A DNA stretch of 64,000 nucleotides. It comes from a virus. This document shows positions 6,992-18,100 of the stretch, one piece after another. Made by a program: the position numbers and the translations under genes. A model generated the notes under the pieces. The model saw nothing but the letters and a program-made list of their open reading frames with translations, was not told where the DNA came from and did not search any database. The stretch is taken from IMG/VR virus record IMGVR_UViG_3300035698_011365, positions 9,674-73,673 of that record. One strand, given 5' to 3'. The stretch's first letter is position 1, and each line of letters opens with the position of its first letter.

Positions 6992-8073
6992 TGACAGATA
7001 TCGTATTCACAATAGGAACAGGCAAAGACTATAGCACTGTCTCTGCTTGTGCGAGTAATGAAGCCACTGACCTTCCAAGCGATGGCGACACACACACGTA
7101 TAAATGTGATGCTGGAACTTATACCGACAATACAGCTTTCTCTGGCTATACAGCAGACGCAACAAACTATTTAAGAATTACTTGCGCTGATGGTGATGAA
7201 CATCTTGGTCAGCTTTCTGGTGGTGTTATCTGGGATCAAGGCGGCGGCTCAACAGGTGTATGGCGACCCTTATCAGGCACTAGAATAACCTTTGACAATA
7301 TTCATTTTGAAGACAGCGTTTTCCCACATGACAATAATGGTGGTTCTATATTTGATTGTTATAATATCATTGTAACCAACAGTGGTGGTGACGGCATTCC
7401 ACCTTCTGAACTTCAGGGTGATGTTTATCATATCATGTCGATCAATGCGGGTGATGATGGGATGTTCCTAAATGGGGTAGATAGCGCGTGGGGATGTGCT
7501 TCTATCGGTGCGGGAAATCGCGGAATATACGGCGGTGCTTTAACAGATTGTTACTCAGTTGACAGCTCTGGCGATGATTTTAGTAATCCATCAAGTCAAA
7601 CTAAATGTTTTGCATCCGATACAACGGGGACAAACGATAACGCCACATTGTATGATGATGCGACAAAAGGCTCTGCTTCAAGTGGTGATATAATCGTTAC
7701 TGAAAGCGCATTGGCAACCTTTGATGGAACTTTGATTGATCACGCTAATAATGGTATTTTTGAAAGCGGAACAAACGCAGGAAAACCAACAAATGACATC
7801 GCGGGTGTTGCTAGGCCAAATCCTCCATCTGTTGGCCCTTTTGAAGGTGGTAGTGTTGTATTAACTCGTGAGCAAGATAGCTTCCGAATATATACTGATG
7901 GTACTGAATCTGGCTCAGTTGCTGAAGAAGCACAGAATACAGATGCAACTATAGTTCCGGAGACTCCTTTTCAAATAAGAATAGGGATGCAAACTGTAGG
8001 TGATGCACCGGCTGAAGCTGCTAAACTCCAGTACCGTAAAGTTGGTGAGTCAGTTTGGAGGGATGTTGATTAA
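6991..8073 (+). CDS. Parallel beta-helix (pectin-lyase-like) virion protein
   Basis: TIGTGKDYST start, repeated N.G.DG turns, DIAGVARP..PSVGPFE cap motif. Confidence 0.65.
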   Translation: MTDIVFTIGTGKDYSTVSACASNEATDLPSDGDTHTYKCDAGTYTDNTAFSGYTADATNYLRITCADGDEHLGQLSGGVIWDQGGGSTGVWRPLSGTRITFDNIHFEDSVFPHDNNGGSIFDCYNIIVTNSGGDGIPPSELQGDVYHIMSINAGDDGMFLNGVDSAWGCASIGAGNRGIYGGALTDCYSVDSSGDDFSNPSSQTKCFASDTTGTNDNATLYDDATKGSASSGDIIVTESALATFDGTLIDHANNGIFESGTNAGKPTNDIAGVARPNPPSVGPFEGGSVVLTREQDSFRIYTDGTESGSVAEEAQNTDATIVPETPFQIRIGMQTVGDAPAEAAKLQYRKVGESVWRDVD

Positions 8074-11000
8074 TGGCCATTCTAGGTAGATGGACAGCAG
8101 GAACAACCACGCTAGACCCGACTACAAGTTGGGCCGCTCCCGCTAGTCTATTCACTACTCAAGCCAGAAACGATAGCTCCACATATACGTACACTGCCGC
8201 TACTTCCTTGATAGCTTTGCCGACACCTGTTGTTGCGGATGGTTACTTATTAAGAGCATCATTTGAGTACGAAGATACCAGTAATGGTCGTCTTAACCCT
8301 GTTGGTCGATTTATTCAAGCAAGTGGTACTGGCAACTTTGTTAGTCAAACCGTATCTGGATATAACCGTGACACCTCAGAAGACAGATCGTATGTCCAAG
8401 TAACGGCTGTTGTTGATAGCCCGTCAGATGGTGCAACATTCCAGTTCCAATGGAAGCGTGATAGTGATGCTCCTACAGGCGGTACGGTTGATAGTGTTAT
8501 TGAAATCATACCGCTGTATTACTCCAATATTGGTATGTACAGCACTTCCACGAATACAAGCTTTGCTACGATCACGAAAACGCAAGTGCCTGTTACTTCG
8601 GTGTATCAATCTGATACTGCGGCGATTGAGGTTTCCGGTGGTGTTGTAACGATCAAAAGCGACAATAAGAAATACCTGATTATTGGCGGTGTTTATGGTG
8701 AGGGTTATGCCGATGGTTCTCGTACTCAAAGGCTGATGGGTCTTGAATACGATGGTGTGTTTGATCATTCAACAAAAGGCTACATGTATTGCCGTAATTC
8801 TGCGAACGCGATGAACGGTGCGCTATGTTGGGATATTAAAGAACGTGTTACAACGGACATTGCTATTGAGCTACAAGCTTGGTGTGCTGATAGTCAAACG
8901 TATGCTTCTGATAATGGTGCTTCTGATAACTTGGGACAAGCTCCTACTCTGTCCGCGCATAGTTTAGTTGTTATCGAACTTAATGACGATGCCGAAGCGT
9001 TTAAGACTTACGATAGTACAGGGCTTCAAAATGCCGCTTCATTGACTGATTTGAATGTGGTTCGTGATACTTCATTTGCTGATGCTGCTTCATTCGTAAA
9101 ATCAAGCAATACGGGTATGAATTGCGAAGTCTCTATGGATGGCTTCTTCGGTGGTACGGTTTATAATGCCCGTTACTCTACAACAGGTTTAAGAGAGACA
9201 GTAAAAACCCACATCACTGTTGATGGTGTTGAAGATGTAACAACGAAAGATGGTAGTTATTCTCGTGGTTTGCAATCCACAACATCTACGTATGCGGGTG
9301 GTAGTAATCCCGGTGGTTTCATTGCGATAACAGCCGACGAAGATGTTGGTATAAGTCACCAACGTATTACAGGTGGTGAAGCAGGAACGGGGCGAACAGG
9401 TGCAGGCGCTGTTGGCCTTTGGGGTCTTAACCTTGATACTCTTGAAGATGCTGGTGGTGGTGGCCCACAAACCCTAAATGCTACTGGTTTCGCTGTTCCC
9501 CTGCTTTTTGGTACTGCTACTATTACAGTTGCCACAGATGTAGAAATGGTACTTGGTTCAGCAACACCCGGAGGAACTACTTCTAGGCTTACTGGATTAA
9601 CAGGGACATTTAGTGGTGGACGTATTGAAGAGACTGCTGCACAAAACCCTTCAACAACTACAGTTGATGTTGCTTCAGACGGACATCGTGAGGATGTTTG
9701 GTCAATCCAGTTTACAGGTAATGCTGAAGCTGGAGCAGATTATGAATTCCGTGCCCTGTACGGAGCTGATCTTGTCCCAGACACTGTAACAAATACCCCT
9801 ACTGTTACTAATGCAGCTGCAACAGATCAAGATTTAAGCTCCACCTCCTTAGCTATATCAATAGCGGTAGGAACAGCTACTTTATCTGTAGGATCGGTTA
9901 GTTTAGCTGCTTCAAGTATATCAATACCTATAGTGATTGGGTCTGGTACTCTAACAGAAGGAGCAGTGTCCCTTGCCTCTTCTTCTGCTGCCATTCCTAT
10001 TGCTATTGGAGATGCGTCACTAAGTACAGGAGTCCTTGCCCTTAGCTCCTCATCTGTGATCTCGCCCATTGCAGTTGGTGACGCATCGCTAACACTCGGA
10101 GCTGTCAACCTAAGCGCAACATCACTGGAAATTCCTATAGTGATGGGAGACGCCTCTGCAGTATATGGCGCTTTATCTATATCAGCCACAAGTATAGATA
10201 TAAATATAAGCATAGGAGATGGCGGCTTAACAGTAAGTGGTGGAGTTGAGTTAACAACATCAAGCCTATTAATTCCTATTACCGTTGGTACTGGTAATAT
10301 ATATGCGGCGCCACAGAATTTATCCAGTAGTTCAGTATTAATTCCTATTTCTATAGGAACTGCTGATTACACCCTAGGAACGACTTCATTATCTTCCAGT
10401 AGCTTAACAATTCCAATAGCAATGGGTGATGGGAGCATTACAGTTGGTGGAGTGAACCTTTCAGGTTCCTCTGAAACAATTCCTATTGTTGTTGGTGATG
10501 GTTCTATAGATTTGGGAACCACAATATTAAATACATCTAGTGTAGAAATACCTATTGCAGTTGGCGGTGCAGCTATTGCGGCCGGAGATGGTGTATTAAA
10601 TGCTTTCTCTGTAACCCAAGTAATTACTGTTGGTGATGCGACCCTTGTTCAGGGTGATAACACACTCTCAGCAACCTCTGTAACCATGGATATAAATATT
10701 GGAGATGCTACTCTATCCAGCTCACTTACGTTATCAGCGACAAGTGTAGAGATTCCTATAGTATTTGGTTCAGCTGCTTTAGATCTTGGGGATGGGAGCC
10801 TTAATGCTTCCAGTGTAACTATTGATGTTTCCATGGGTGATGCGACCATAAGCGCAACTCCTATTAGTATATCTGGAGCAACCTCTTTAGAAATTCCGAT
10901 TATTCCTGGAGATGCAAATATAAACCTAGGTACACTAGGATTAGTAGCATCCTCTGCAGATATATCAGTTGAAGTAGGAAATGCCGGTATAACTGTAGGA

Positions 11001-11720
11001 GCTGTAACGCTGAGTGCAGCCTCTGCAGAGATCGTTATTGATTATGGTACTGCAACTCTTGATGCAGACAATGTTATAAGCGCTAGCAGCGTTGAAATGG
11101 CGATAGAAATAGGGAATGCAACCCTATCTACAAGTACAGTGTTCCTCGCAGCCACCAGCTTAGAGATAGATGTTGATATTGGTGATGCAGCTATAGTATT
11201 CCCACCTGTATTCTTATCTGTAGATGGTTTGAATATCCCAATTGTTGTTGGTAATGCTTCATTAACGCAGTCATTCCAAAATATAGATGCAACAGGTTTA
11301 GAAATAGACATTGTTGTAGGTAATGCAGACCTCACAATAGGTACAGCAATCCTTTCTGCGAGTAGTGTAGAGATTCCTATAGAGATTGGATCAATAACAC
11401 TATCCGGAGCCCTTAATGTATCTGCCTCAAGTGTAGTAATTCCGATAGTTGTTGGTGATGCTGACATAGATTACCACACCTTCTTAGCAGCTACCGGTAT
11501 TGAAATTCCTATTGTAGTCAGGGGCGGAAGACTCTTATCAGAATTAGCCGCTTCAGAAGACAGAGGTATTGAAATTGAAGCGATCGACAGGACTATAGAG
11601 ATTGAATTAATGGATAGGACGATTGAAATTGAGTCCTTGGATAGAACAATAGAGTATGATATTCAGGATAGGTGTATTGAAATACAATTACTGGATAGAA
11701 CAATCAATATAGGAAAGTAA
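8073..11720 (+). CDS. Long repeat-containing fibre protein
   Basis: Beta-rich N-terminus, ~25 x 23-aa repeats, 6 x 9-aa C-terminal repeats. Confidence 0.7.
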   Translation: MAILGRWTAGTTTLDPTTSWAAPASLFTTQARNDSSTYTYTAATSLIALPTPVVADGYLLRASFEYEDTSNGRLNPVGRFIQASGTGNFVSQTVSGYNRDTSEDRSYVQVTAVVDSPSDGATFQFQWKRDSDAPTGGTVDSVIEIIPLYYSNIGMYSTSTNTSFATITKTQVPVTSVYQSDTAAIEVSGGVVTIKSDNKKYLIIGGVYGEGYADGSRTQRLMGLEYDGVFDHSTKGYMYCRNSANAMNGALCWDIKERVTTDIAIELQAWCADSQTYASDNGASDNLGQAPTLSAHSLVVIELNDDAEAFKTYDSTGLQNAASLTDLNVVRDTSFADAASFVKSSNTGMNCEVSMDGFFGGTVYNARYSTTGLRETVKTHITVDGVEDVTTKDGSYSRGLQSTTSTYAGGSNPGGFIAITADEDVGISHQRITGGEAGTGRTGAGAVGLWGLNLDTLEDAGGGGPQTLNATGFAVPLLFGTATITVATDVEMVLGSATPGGTTSRLTGLTGTFSGGRIEETAAQNPSTTTVDVASDGHREDVWSIQFTGNAEAGADYEFRALYGADLVPDTVTNTPTVTNAAATDQDLSSTSLAISIAVGTATLSVGSVSLAASSISIPIVIGSGTLTEGAVSLASSSAAIPIAIGDASLSTGVLALSSSSVISPIAVGDASLTLGAVNLSATSLEIPIVMGDASAVYGALSISATSIDINISIGDGGLTVSGGVELTTSSLLIPITVGTGNIYAAPQNLSSSSVLIPISIGTADYTLGTTSLSSSSLTIPIAMGDGSITVGGVNLSGSSETIPIVVGDGSIDLGTTILNTSSVEIPIAVGGAAIAAGDGVLNAFSVTQVITVGDATLVQGDNTLSATSVTMDINIGDATLSSSLTLSATSVEIPIVFGSAALDLGDGSLNASSVTIDVSMGDATISATPISISGATSLEIPIIPGDANINLGTLGLVASSADISVEVGNAGITVGAVTLSAASAEIVIDYGTATLDADNVISASSVEMAIEIGNATLSTSTVFLAATSLEIDVDIGDAAIVFPPVFLSVDGLNIPIVVGNASLTQSFQNIDATGLEIDIVVGNADLTIGTAILSASSVEIPIEIGSITLSGALNVSASSVVIPIVVGDADIDYHTFLAATGIEIPIVVRGGRLLSELAASEDRGIEIEAIDRTIEIELMDRTIEIESLDRTIEYDIQDRCIEIQLLDRTINIGK
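9834..11527 (+). repeat. ~25 tandem 22-24-aa repeats, L[SA]xxS..IPI..G.A.L
   Basis: Counted by hand from the translation. Confidence 0.85.
11556..11717 (+). repeat. 6 tandem 9-aa repeats, xDRTIEIEx
   Basis: EDRGIEIEA/IDRTIEIEL/MDRTIEIES/LDRTIEYDI/QDRCIEIQL/LDRTINIGK. Confidence 0.9.
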
Positions 11721-11721
11721 T

Positions 11722-12042
11722 ATGAAGAAAACATGGAAGACTACGTTAGATCATGAGGGTGATCATACCTATAAAATAGATTTCAGTAAAGAAATGACGA
11801 ATTTAGGACACACCCTACAATCAGTAGCGTTAACATTAAGCACAGCAGCAACTGCTGCAGGGCTTGTGGTCTCTTCAGAAAATATTGTAGGTGATGTCTA
11901 TTACTGTAAATTCAGTATTCCGAATGTGTCTAATCAAGACTTTAGTTCAAAAGGACAGACCTTAGATATGGAAGTGATTTACACCTCTAGTGGGGGTGAG
12001 GTAGATGCATTTACTGCATCAATCCATATTAAAGATAAATAA
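11722..12042 (+). CDS. Fibre adaptor-like protein (mycobacteriophage gp77-like)
   Basis: D...DHTYKIDFS at the N-terminus; TSSGGEVD...IHIKD at the end; ~100 aa, beta-rich. Confidence 0.55.
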   Translation: MKKTWKTTLDHEGDHTYKIDFSKEMTNLGHTLQSVALTLSTAATAAGLVVSSENIVGDVYYCKFSIPNVSNQDFSSKGQTLDMEVIYTSSGGEVDAFTASIHIKDK

Positions 12043-12046
12043 TTAA

Positions 12047-12076
12047 TTGATTTTAACTATATAAAGCCTATATACT
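12047..12076 (+). promoter_or_regulatory. Sigma70-like late promoter
   Basis: TTGATT-N18-TATACT upstream of the gp69-like gene. Confidence 0.55.
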
Positions 12077-12097
12077 AAATTCTTTTAAAGGAATGGT

Positions 12098-12817
12098 ATG
12101 TCTACATTATTATCTGAAGAGCAGTTTATTAAGGTGCTCCCCCCTAAGATGAGAAAGTCTGTTAACCCGGGTTTAATGAAAGCCATTAACGGAGTTATTA
12201 GTGATCCAACTATAAGGGATTCTTTCAGAGAAAACTTATTAAGCTATACGAGTGTTATGGCTGACGGTAAGTTTAAAATGCCACAGTATTTAGAAGCCGT
12301 GCATTATGTCAGTTATAAATTATTTGGTTCAAGCAATATAGAGGCTTACTGTAAAACCTTTCCAGACAGATATCAAAGATTCTTAGATAACGGTGTAACT
12401 GATAAAGCTATATCCAGTTATGTTAACGCTTATAATAATGGTAAGCTTGTTAATCTTATTATGGAACAGACCATGGTTCCTACTTATATTCTTAATGCGG
12501 ATATATACCAAAAAGCTATTAATACCCAAGCAGAATTAATGACCACAGCTAATTCAGAGAAAGTTAGATCTGATGCGGCAAACAGCTTGCTTACTCATTT
12601 GAAGGCACCAGAGAATACTAAGGTAGAACTGGATGTCACAATCAAAGAAGACAAGTCAATTACTGATTTGCGTAAGACCACAATGGAATTAGTGGCCAAG
12701 CAGAGAGAGCTCATTAAAAATGGGGATATGAACGCTAAAGAAATAGCTCATTCTAAGCTATTGGTTCAAAATGATGCTGGAGAGTACGAGGAGAGCATGA
12801 TTGACGTATCCCCTTAG
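12098..12817 (+). CDS. N4 gp69-like protein (putative small terminase)
   Basis: FRENLLSYTSVM..GKFK, KVRSDAANSLLTHL; directly before TerL. Confidence 0.85.
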   Translation: MSTLLSEEQFIKVLPPKMRKSVNPGLMKAINGVISDPTIRDSFRENLLSYTSVMADGKFKMPQYLEAVHYVSYKLFGSSNIEAYCKTFPDRYQRFLDNGVTDKAISSYVNAYNNGKLVNLIMEQTMVPTYILNADIYQKAINTQAELMTTANSEKVRSDAANSLLTHLKAPENTKVELDVTIKEDKSITDLRKTTMELVAKQRELIKNGDMNAKEIAHSKLLVQNDAGEYEESMIDVSP

Positions 12818-14420
12818 TATTGAAACAGATCGTGATGATGATCATGTAAAAACTGTTGAAGAGCATGTTAATAGTATTGCTTATGGAACAGACGGAAACT
12901 ATATCCCTAGCGACTTTGCACTAGAGTTTATCACATTTATTAAATTAGTGAATGGTGAGGCCGGGGAAGAGAACTTAACACCTGTATTACATTATAGAAT
13001 GTTGGATCAAGTAAGAGGCAAGAGGAAGAACATCGTAAATATGTTGTTTCGTGGCGCCGCTAAGACTACTTTGTTGGGCGAATATCTGTTTTTATACTTG
13101 GGAGTTTATGGTTCTCTTCCCGACTTTGGTAAGATAGAGCTTGCTCTCTACGTATCTGACAGCATCGAAAACGGTGTTAAGAATATGCGTAAAAACTTAG
13201 AGTATCGCTGGGAGAATAGTGACTTCCTAAAAGAATATATACCACATACAAGGTTTACTGATGTCAGATGGGAATTTAAAAACAAAGCGGGCAATATATT
13301 TGTTGTCAAAGGATATGGAGCGAAAACTGGTGTACGGGGAAGTAAAGAAATGGGTGTTCGCCCTGTGCTTGCTGTCTTGGATGACTTGGTTTCTGATGAA
13401 GACGCTAGATCGCCTACAGTTATTGCCTCTATAGAAGATACAGTCTACAAAGCTATCGACTATGCGATGCATCCTACCAAATCCAAAGTGATATGGTCAG
13501 GTACCCCCTTCAACTCAAAAGATCCACTATACAAAGCGGTTGAGTCTGGTGCTTGGCACGTTAATGTGTACCCAGTGTGTGAGAACTTTCCTTGTTCTGA
13601 AGAAGACTTCAGAGGTGCGTGGGAAGATCGCTTCACATATGAGTATGTTAAAGAGAAATATGATAAAGCTTTCAAGGCAGGTAAGATTGATACATTCAAT
13701 CAGGAGCTTATGCTTCGAATTATGTCTGATGAAGATAGATTAGTCCAAGATACAGACATATCATGGTATTTACGTAAGACTGTTCTTGAAAATAAGAGCA
13801 GATTCAACTTTTACATCACCACTGACTTTGCTACGAGTGAGAAAACCTCTGCAGACTTTAGTGTGATATCAGTATGGGCTTATAATAATGTTGGTTCATG
13901 GCTCTGGGTGGATGGAATCTGCGCAAAGCAGCTTATGGATAAGAATGTTAATGATTTATTCAGATTGGCTCAGATCTACTCCCCTCAACAGGTAGGTGTA
14001 GAGGTATCAGGACAACAGGGGGGCTTTATTCCTTGGATCCAAAGAGAAATGATGACACGTAATCAATACTTCACGTTGGCAAGCGAGAATAACAATAATA
14101 AGCCGGGAATTAGACCTAATACTAACAAGATGGAGCGTTTTAATGTTATGCTCCCTATGTTCAAGCAAAATAAGGTCTATTTCCCTGAAGAACGTAAAAC
14201 CAGTCCTGAAATGGTTGAATGTATGACTGAACTCTCCCTAGCAGCCAAGGGAGGCTTCAAGAGTAAGCATGATGACTTTATTGATACAATTGCTATGCTC
14301 GGTGTACTTAGTCCATGGAAACCTACTCAAGCAGGGGATATGCATGATAAAGATAATACGGGTTTGTGGGACATTGAAGTAGAAGAATCAAAAAACAGCT
14401 TGGGTTCTTATATAGTTTAG
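12801..14420 (+). CDS. terL: Terminase large subunit (N4 gp68-like)
   Basis: FRGAAKTT, LAVLDDL, SGTPFN, TTDFATS and HDDFID motifs. Confidence 0.95.
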   Translation: MTYPLSIETDRDDDHVKTVEEHVNSIAYGTDGNYIPSDFALEFITFIKLVNGEAGEENLTPVLHYRMLDQVRGKRKNIVNMLFRGAAKTTLLGEYLFLYLGVYGSLPDFGKIELALYVSDSIENGVKNMRKNLEYRWENSDFLKEYIPHTRFTDVRWEFKNKAGNIFVVKGYGAKTGVRGSKEMGVRPVLAVLDDLVSDEDARSPTVIASIEDTVYKAIDYAMHPTKSKVIWSGTPFNSKDPLYKAVESGAWHVNVYPVCENFPCSEEDFRGAWEDRFTYEYVKEKYDKAFKAGKIDTFNQELMLRIMSDEDRLVQDTDISWYLRKTVLENKSRFNFYITTDFATSEKTSADFSVISVWAYNNVGSWLWVDGICAKQLMDKNVNDLFRLAQIYSPQQVGVEVSGQQGGFIPWIQREMMTRNQYFTLASENNNNKPGIRPNTNKMERFNVMLPMFKQNKVYFPEERKTSPEMVECMTELSLAAKGGFKSKHDDFIDTIAMLGVLSPWKPTQAGDMHDKDNTGLWDIEVEESKNSLGSYIV

Positions 14421-14462
14421 AGTAATAATTACTGATTAAATATTTAAGCAGAGGATTCAATC

Positions 14463-15164
14463 ATGCTACTTTCAGAAATCTTTGACCAGCTAACGTATGG
14501 TGAATTAAAGCAACTAGATATGGGTGGTGATGATGGTGGAGCTATAGATCAGAAAGATTATCCTCAAGTTGTTGCGCATGTTAACCTAGGTTTAACAGAA
14601 CTCTATAAACGATTTCCTATTAAAATGAGAACAGTAACAATTGAACAAGATGCTTCTATTGGGACTTACTTTTTAGATTCTACTTTTTCTGCGGTGGATG
14701 GAACAGCAAGCACCCTGTATCTAATAGATACTGTTGCTGATCGGTTTATAGATAATGTTTTAAAAGTAGAGAAAATCCGAGATGTAGACGGAGATCTACT
14801 GGATTTTAATGATGCTAACAGTATTACCTCCATTAATACTTATGATTATAATGCGATATCTATTCCTAACCCAGTTACCGGTACATTCATTAGTGTAGAG
14901 TACCGTGCAGATCATGATCCAATTTCACCAATTGAATTAGATCCAACAACTGTAGAAGTGAAGCTACCAAGAAGTCTACTTGCAAGCTTACTTCAGTATG
15001 TAGGCTATAGGGCGTATGCTACGACTCCACCTATTGATGGAGTTGACAGATCAGGGCAATATCTAGCTAAATTTGAGGCTGGACTCACAAAACTTGTTAA
15101 CCTTGATCTTATCAACGATGTTGAGAAAGAGAATCAGAAGCTGTGGAATAATGGATGGCCGTAA
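14463..15164 (+). CDS. Head-tail adaptor (N4 gp67-like)
   Basis: LTYGEL, VNLGLTELYKRF, C-terminal NGW; synteny. Confidence 0.8.
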   Translation: MLLSEIFDQLTYGELKQLDMGGDDGGAIDQKDYPQVVAHVNLGLTELYKRFPIKMRTVTIEQDASIGTYFLDSTFSAVDGTASTLYLIDTVADRFIDNVLKVEKIRDVDGDLLDFNDANSITSINTYDYNAISIPNPVTGTFISVEYRADHDPISPIELDPTTVEVKLPRSLLASLLQYVGYRAYATTPPIDGVDRSGQYLAKFEAGLTKLVNLDLINDVEKENQKLWNNGWP

Positions 15165-18100
15165 CCCCTAAAACCTCCAACGTCGGAGGTGTTCAAATAC
15201 ATGTTGATGCTGCCTATAATAATATTAAACAGGTAGCAGATAACCTAGAAGCATTACTAGCCTTAGAAAACTACTTCAGTAATATGAATGGAATTTATCT
15301 AGGGGAGTTTGCTTCTGCTCCTTCATTGAGAGGAGATACAACTGCTCTGCAGAATGGTGATCATTATTTTAATACTGATAACACCATTATGTACACTTAT
15401 TTAGATTCTGCTTGGATTTATAGTCCGGTGTTTTACACACAAGCTGCTTTAAACACTGCAGTAGGAGCAGGCCCCTTTCATACTTGGGTTGCTTATGCAG
15501 ATGATAACATCGGTACCGGTATATCAGAACAACCGGGAAGTAGAGAATATATAGGTTTTGCTTTAGGTAATTCAGTTGCTGCAGTTAGTATTTTAGATCC
15601 AGATATATTTAATTGGTCTAAGATCACCGGAGCTGACGGCATTGATGGTGTCGACGGCGCTGACGGTGCGCAAGGAATCCAAGGCGACGCAGGAGCCGCT
15701 GGGTTAGATGGAGCAGACGGAAGTGACGGAGCTAAAGGTGATCAGGGTGATCAAGGAATAAAAGGTGATACTGGAGACACGGGGGCTACCGGAGCCGCAG
15801 GCGGAACCGGTGCAACCGGTTCGCCGGGTATAACAGGAGATACGGGCCCTAAAGGGGATATCGGCTTAACTGGTTCTACTGGTTTAACAGGCCCTGCCGG
15901 AACTGATGGAGCTGATGGAGCAACAGGGCCTGCGGGTTCTGCAGGTGCTAAAGGTGATAAAGGTGATACTGGGTCTCAAGGAATCACTGGTGCAACAGGT
16001 CTCACAGGAGATAACGGAATTCCAGGGACTGCAGGCTTAAGCGGAATAGCTGGCCCTGCAGGAGCAACAGGTTCTAAGGGAGACAAAGGTGACACAGGGT
16101 TAACTGGGTCTACTGGTGCAGCAGGGATCGATGGAATAGACGGATCTGATGGCACAAATGGAACTAATGGAAGTACAGGAGCTACAGGAGCTACAGGTAC
16201 TACTGGCCCAACTGGGGCTAAAGGAGATACCGGAAGTACTGGTGCTACTGGTGCTGGAGGTTCAACTGGAGCTCAAGGCCCTCAAGGAATTCAGGGATTA
16301 ACTGGAGATACCGGAGCCCAAGGAATTAAGGGAGATAAAGGAGACACTGGTGATGCAGGAGCAGATGGTTCTGATGGAAATGTAGTTATACAAACTCCTG
16401 TAGAACCTTCAAGTATATCTGTATATCCTTTAAGCGAATCTATAAGAATTACATGGTCTGTACCTAATTACTCAGGGCACTGGTACACTAAAATATACAG
16501 AACCACATGGGATGGCATTACTCCCCCGACTTTTGATGAAGGAGACTTCCTGCAGTCAGTACAGGGAGATTACTTTGACTACGCCGTAACTCCGGATACT
16601 GATTATTATTATTGGCTTAAACATGTTAATTTAGATGGAACAGAGTCTACTGTAAGTGGGGGCAACGGAACCAAAACACTAATAGGTGTCTCAGATGATA
16701 TTGATTGGGTCACTCTATCTAATTTAGATGCAGTTTTAGAAGCTAGATTAAATCAAATAGATACAACATTGATTGATGGTGAAGCAGGCTTATTAGGGGC
16801 TATGGCAGCTATAAGAGGTGAATATGATATTCTTGACGCTGCTTTTGCTGATGTTGAGGATGATTTGATAGATGCATCAACAGGGTTATATAAACAGTTC
16901 AGTGATCTAAGTGAAGCTTATACCATTACCGCAGGAGTTGTCGGAGACAACAGTGCCGGACTTGTTTTTGATGTAGGAGCTCAAGGAGCTCACTTCTTCT
17001 TTAAAACCAATGTGAATGGGCATATAGCAGGTTATGGGTTATCTAATACACTTAACGAAGAGGGTAATGCTACAGCTCAATTTGCTGTTTTAGCTGATGA
17101 GTTTATAGTAGCGCACCCAGATAATACAGAGACTGTTCCATTTTATATATCTGGAGGAGTAACATATCTTACTGAAGCCTTTGTTAAAGAGTTAACTGCT
17201 AATAAAATAATTGCAGGTACTGTAGCCGCAAGCCAAATATATATTGGATCAGATCTCTTTGAACTTAAGGGAGATGTGAACTCTGAATCTAAAGGTGCGT
17301 TAATTATTCAGAATGTGGCCAAGACTACTGAGTTAGTTAGATTGGGTTATTCTGCAGATGGGGCCAGTGTAGGTCTCTTCTTAAAAGATCATGCCGGTAC
17401 AGATATTTTCACCGCAGGTACGACACTCGCAGGAGATATGTTAAACTCCGGAACGATATGGGCTGATGTATCAGGCACAACTGATGCTCCAGATGATAAC
17501 GCTACAAGAGATGTTTACCAAGGTAACTATGATGCTGGAACAGCATATATTGTAGGCGACACTGTTTTAGAGTCTGGTAACATATATAGAAATATTTTAG
17601 CCTCGACAGGTAATACACCGCCTAATGGGACATACTGGACGCTATTTATTACAGGTGGATTATTTAAAGATATTAAGTTTAAAGCAAGCGCCGCTGTACC
17701 AAGCACTCCTACAGGTGCTTCTCCGGTTGACTGGACAGATCATGTACCAGCAACAGGCGGAACAGTGTTCCAGTCATTCGCCCTTAAAGATCAAAATGGT
17801 TCTGTTATCGGGGCTTGGTCAACACCTACAGTATATATTGGTAGATTTAAGGGTGCGTACAGTGGTGGTACGGATTATTTCTTAGGAGACAGTGTAACGC
17901 AAGGAGGCTCGACATATATTTGTTTAGATGAAACTACTGATGGTATCTCTGGACAAGCCCCACCAACGGGAGCAGGAAGTAATACATATTGGGATCCTTT
18001 AGCTATTAAAGGCGATCAAGGTGATGAGCCAACGACATTTAATGAAACATTAACATGGTCTTCAGGAGCAAACCTAAATCTGAGAGATCAAGCAGATATT

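Noticed and set aside
9827-11467. Minus-strand ORFs opposite the repeat fibre gene
   Set aside because: Antisense shadows of a repetitive coding region, with no independent signals
14432-14451. Palindrome CTGATTAAATATTTAAGCAG before the adaptor gene
   Set aside because: AT-rich single copy that could be chance
15629-16375. 9-bp periodic DNA suggesting a tandem array or CRISPR
   Set aside because: Explained by collagen GXY coding; no repeat-spacer structure
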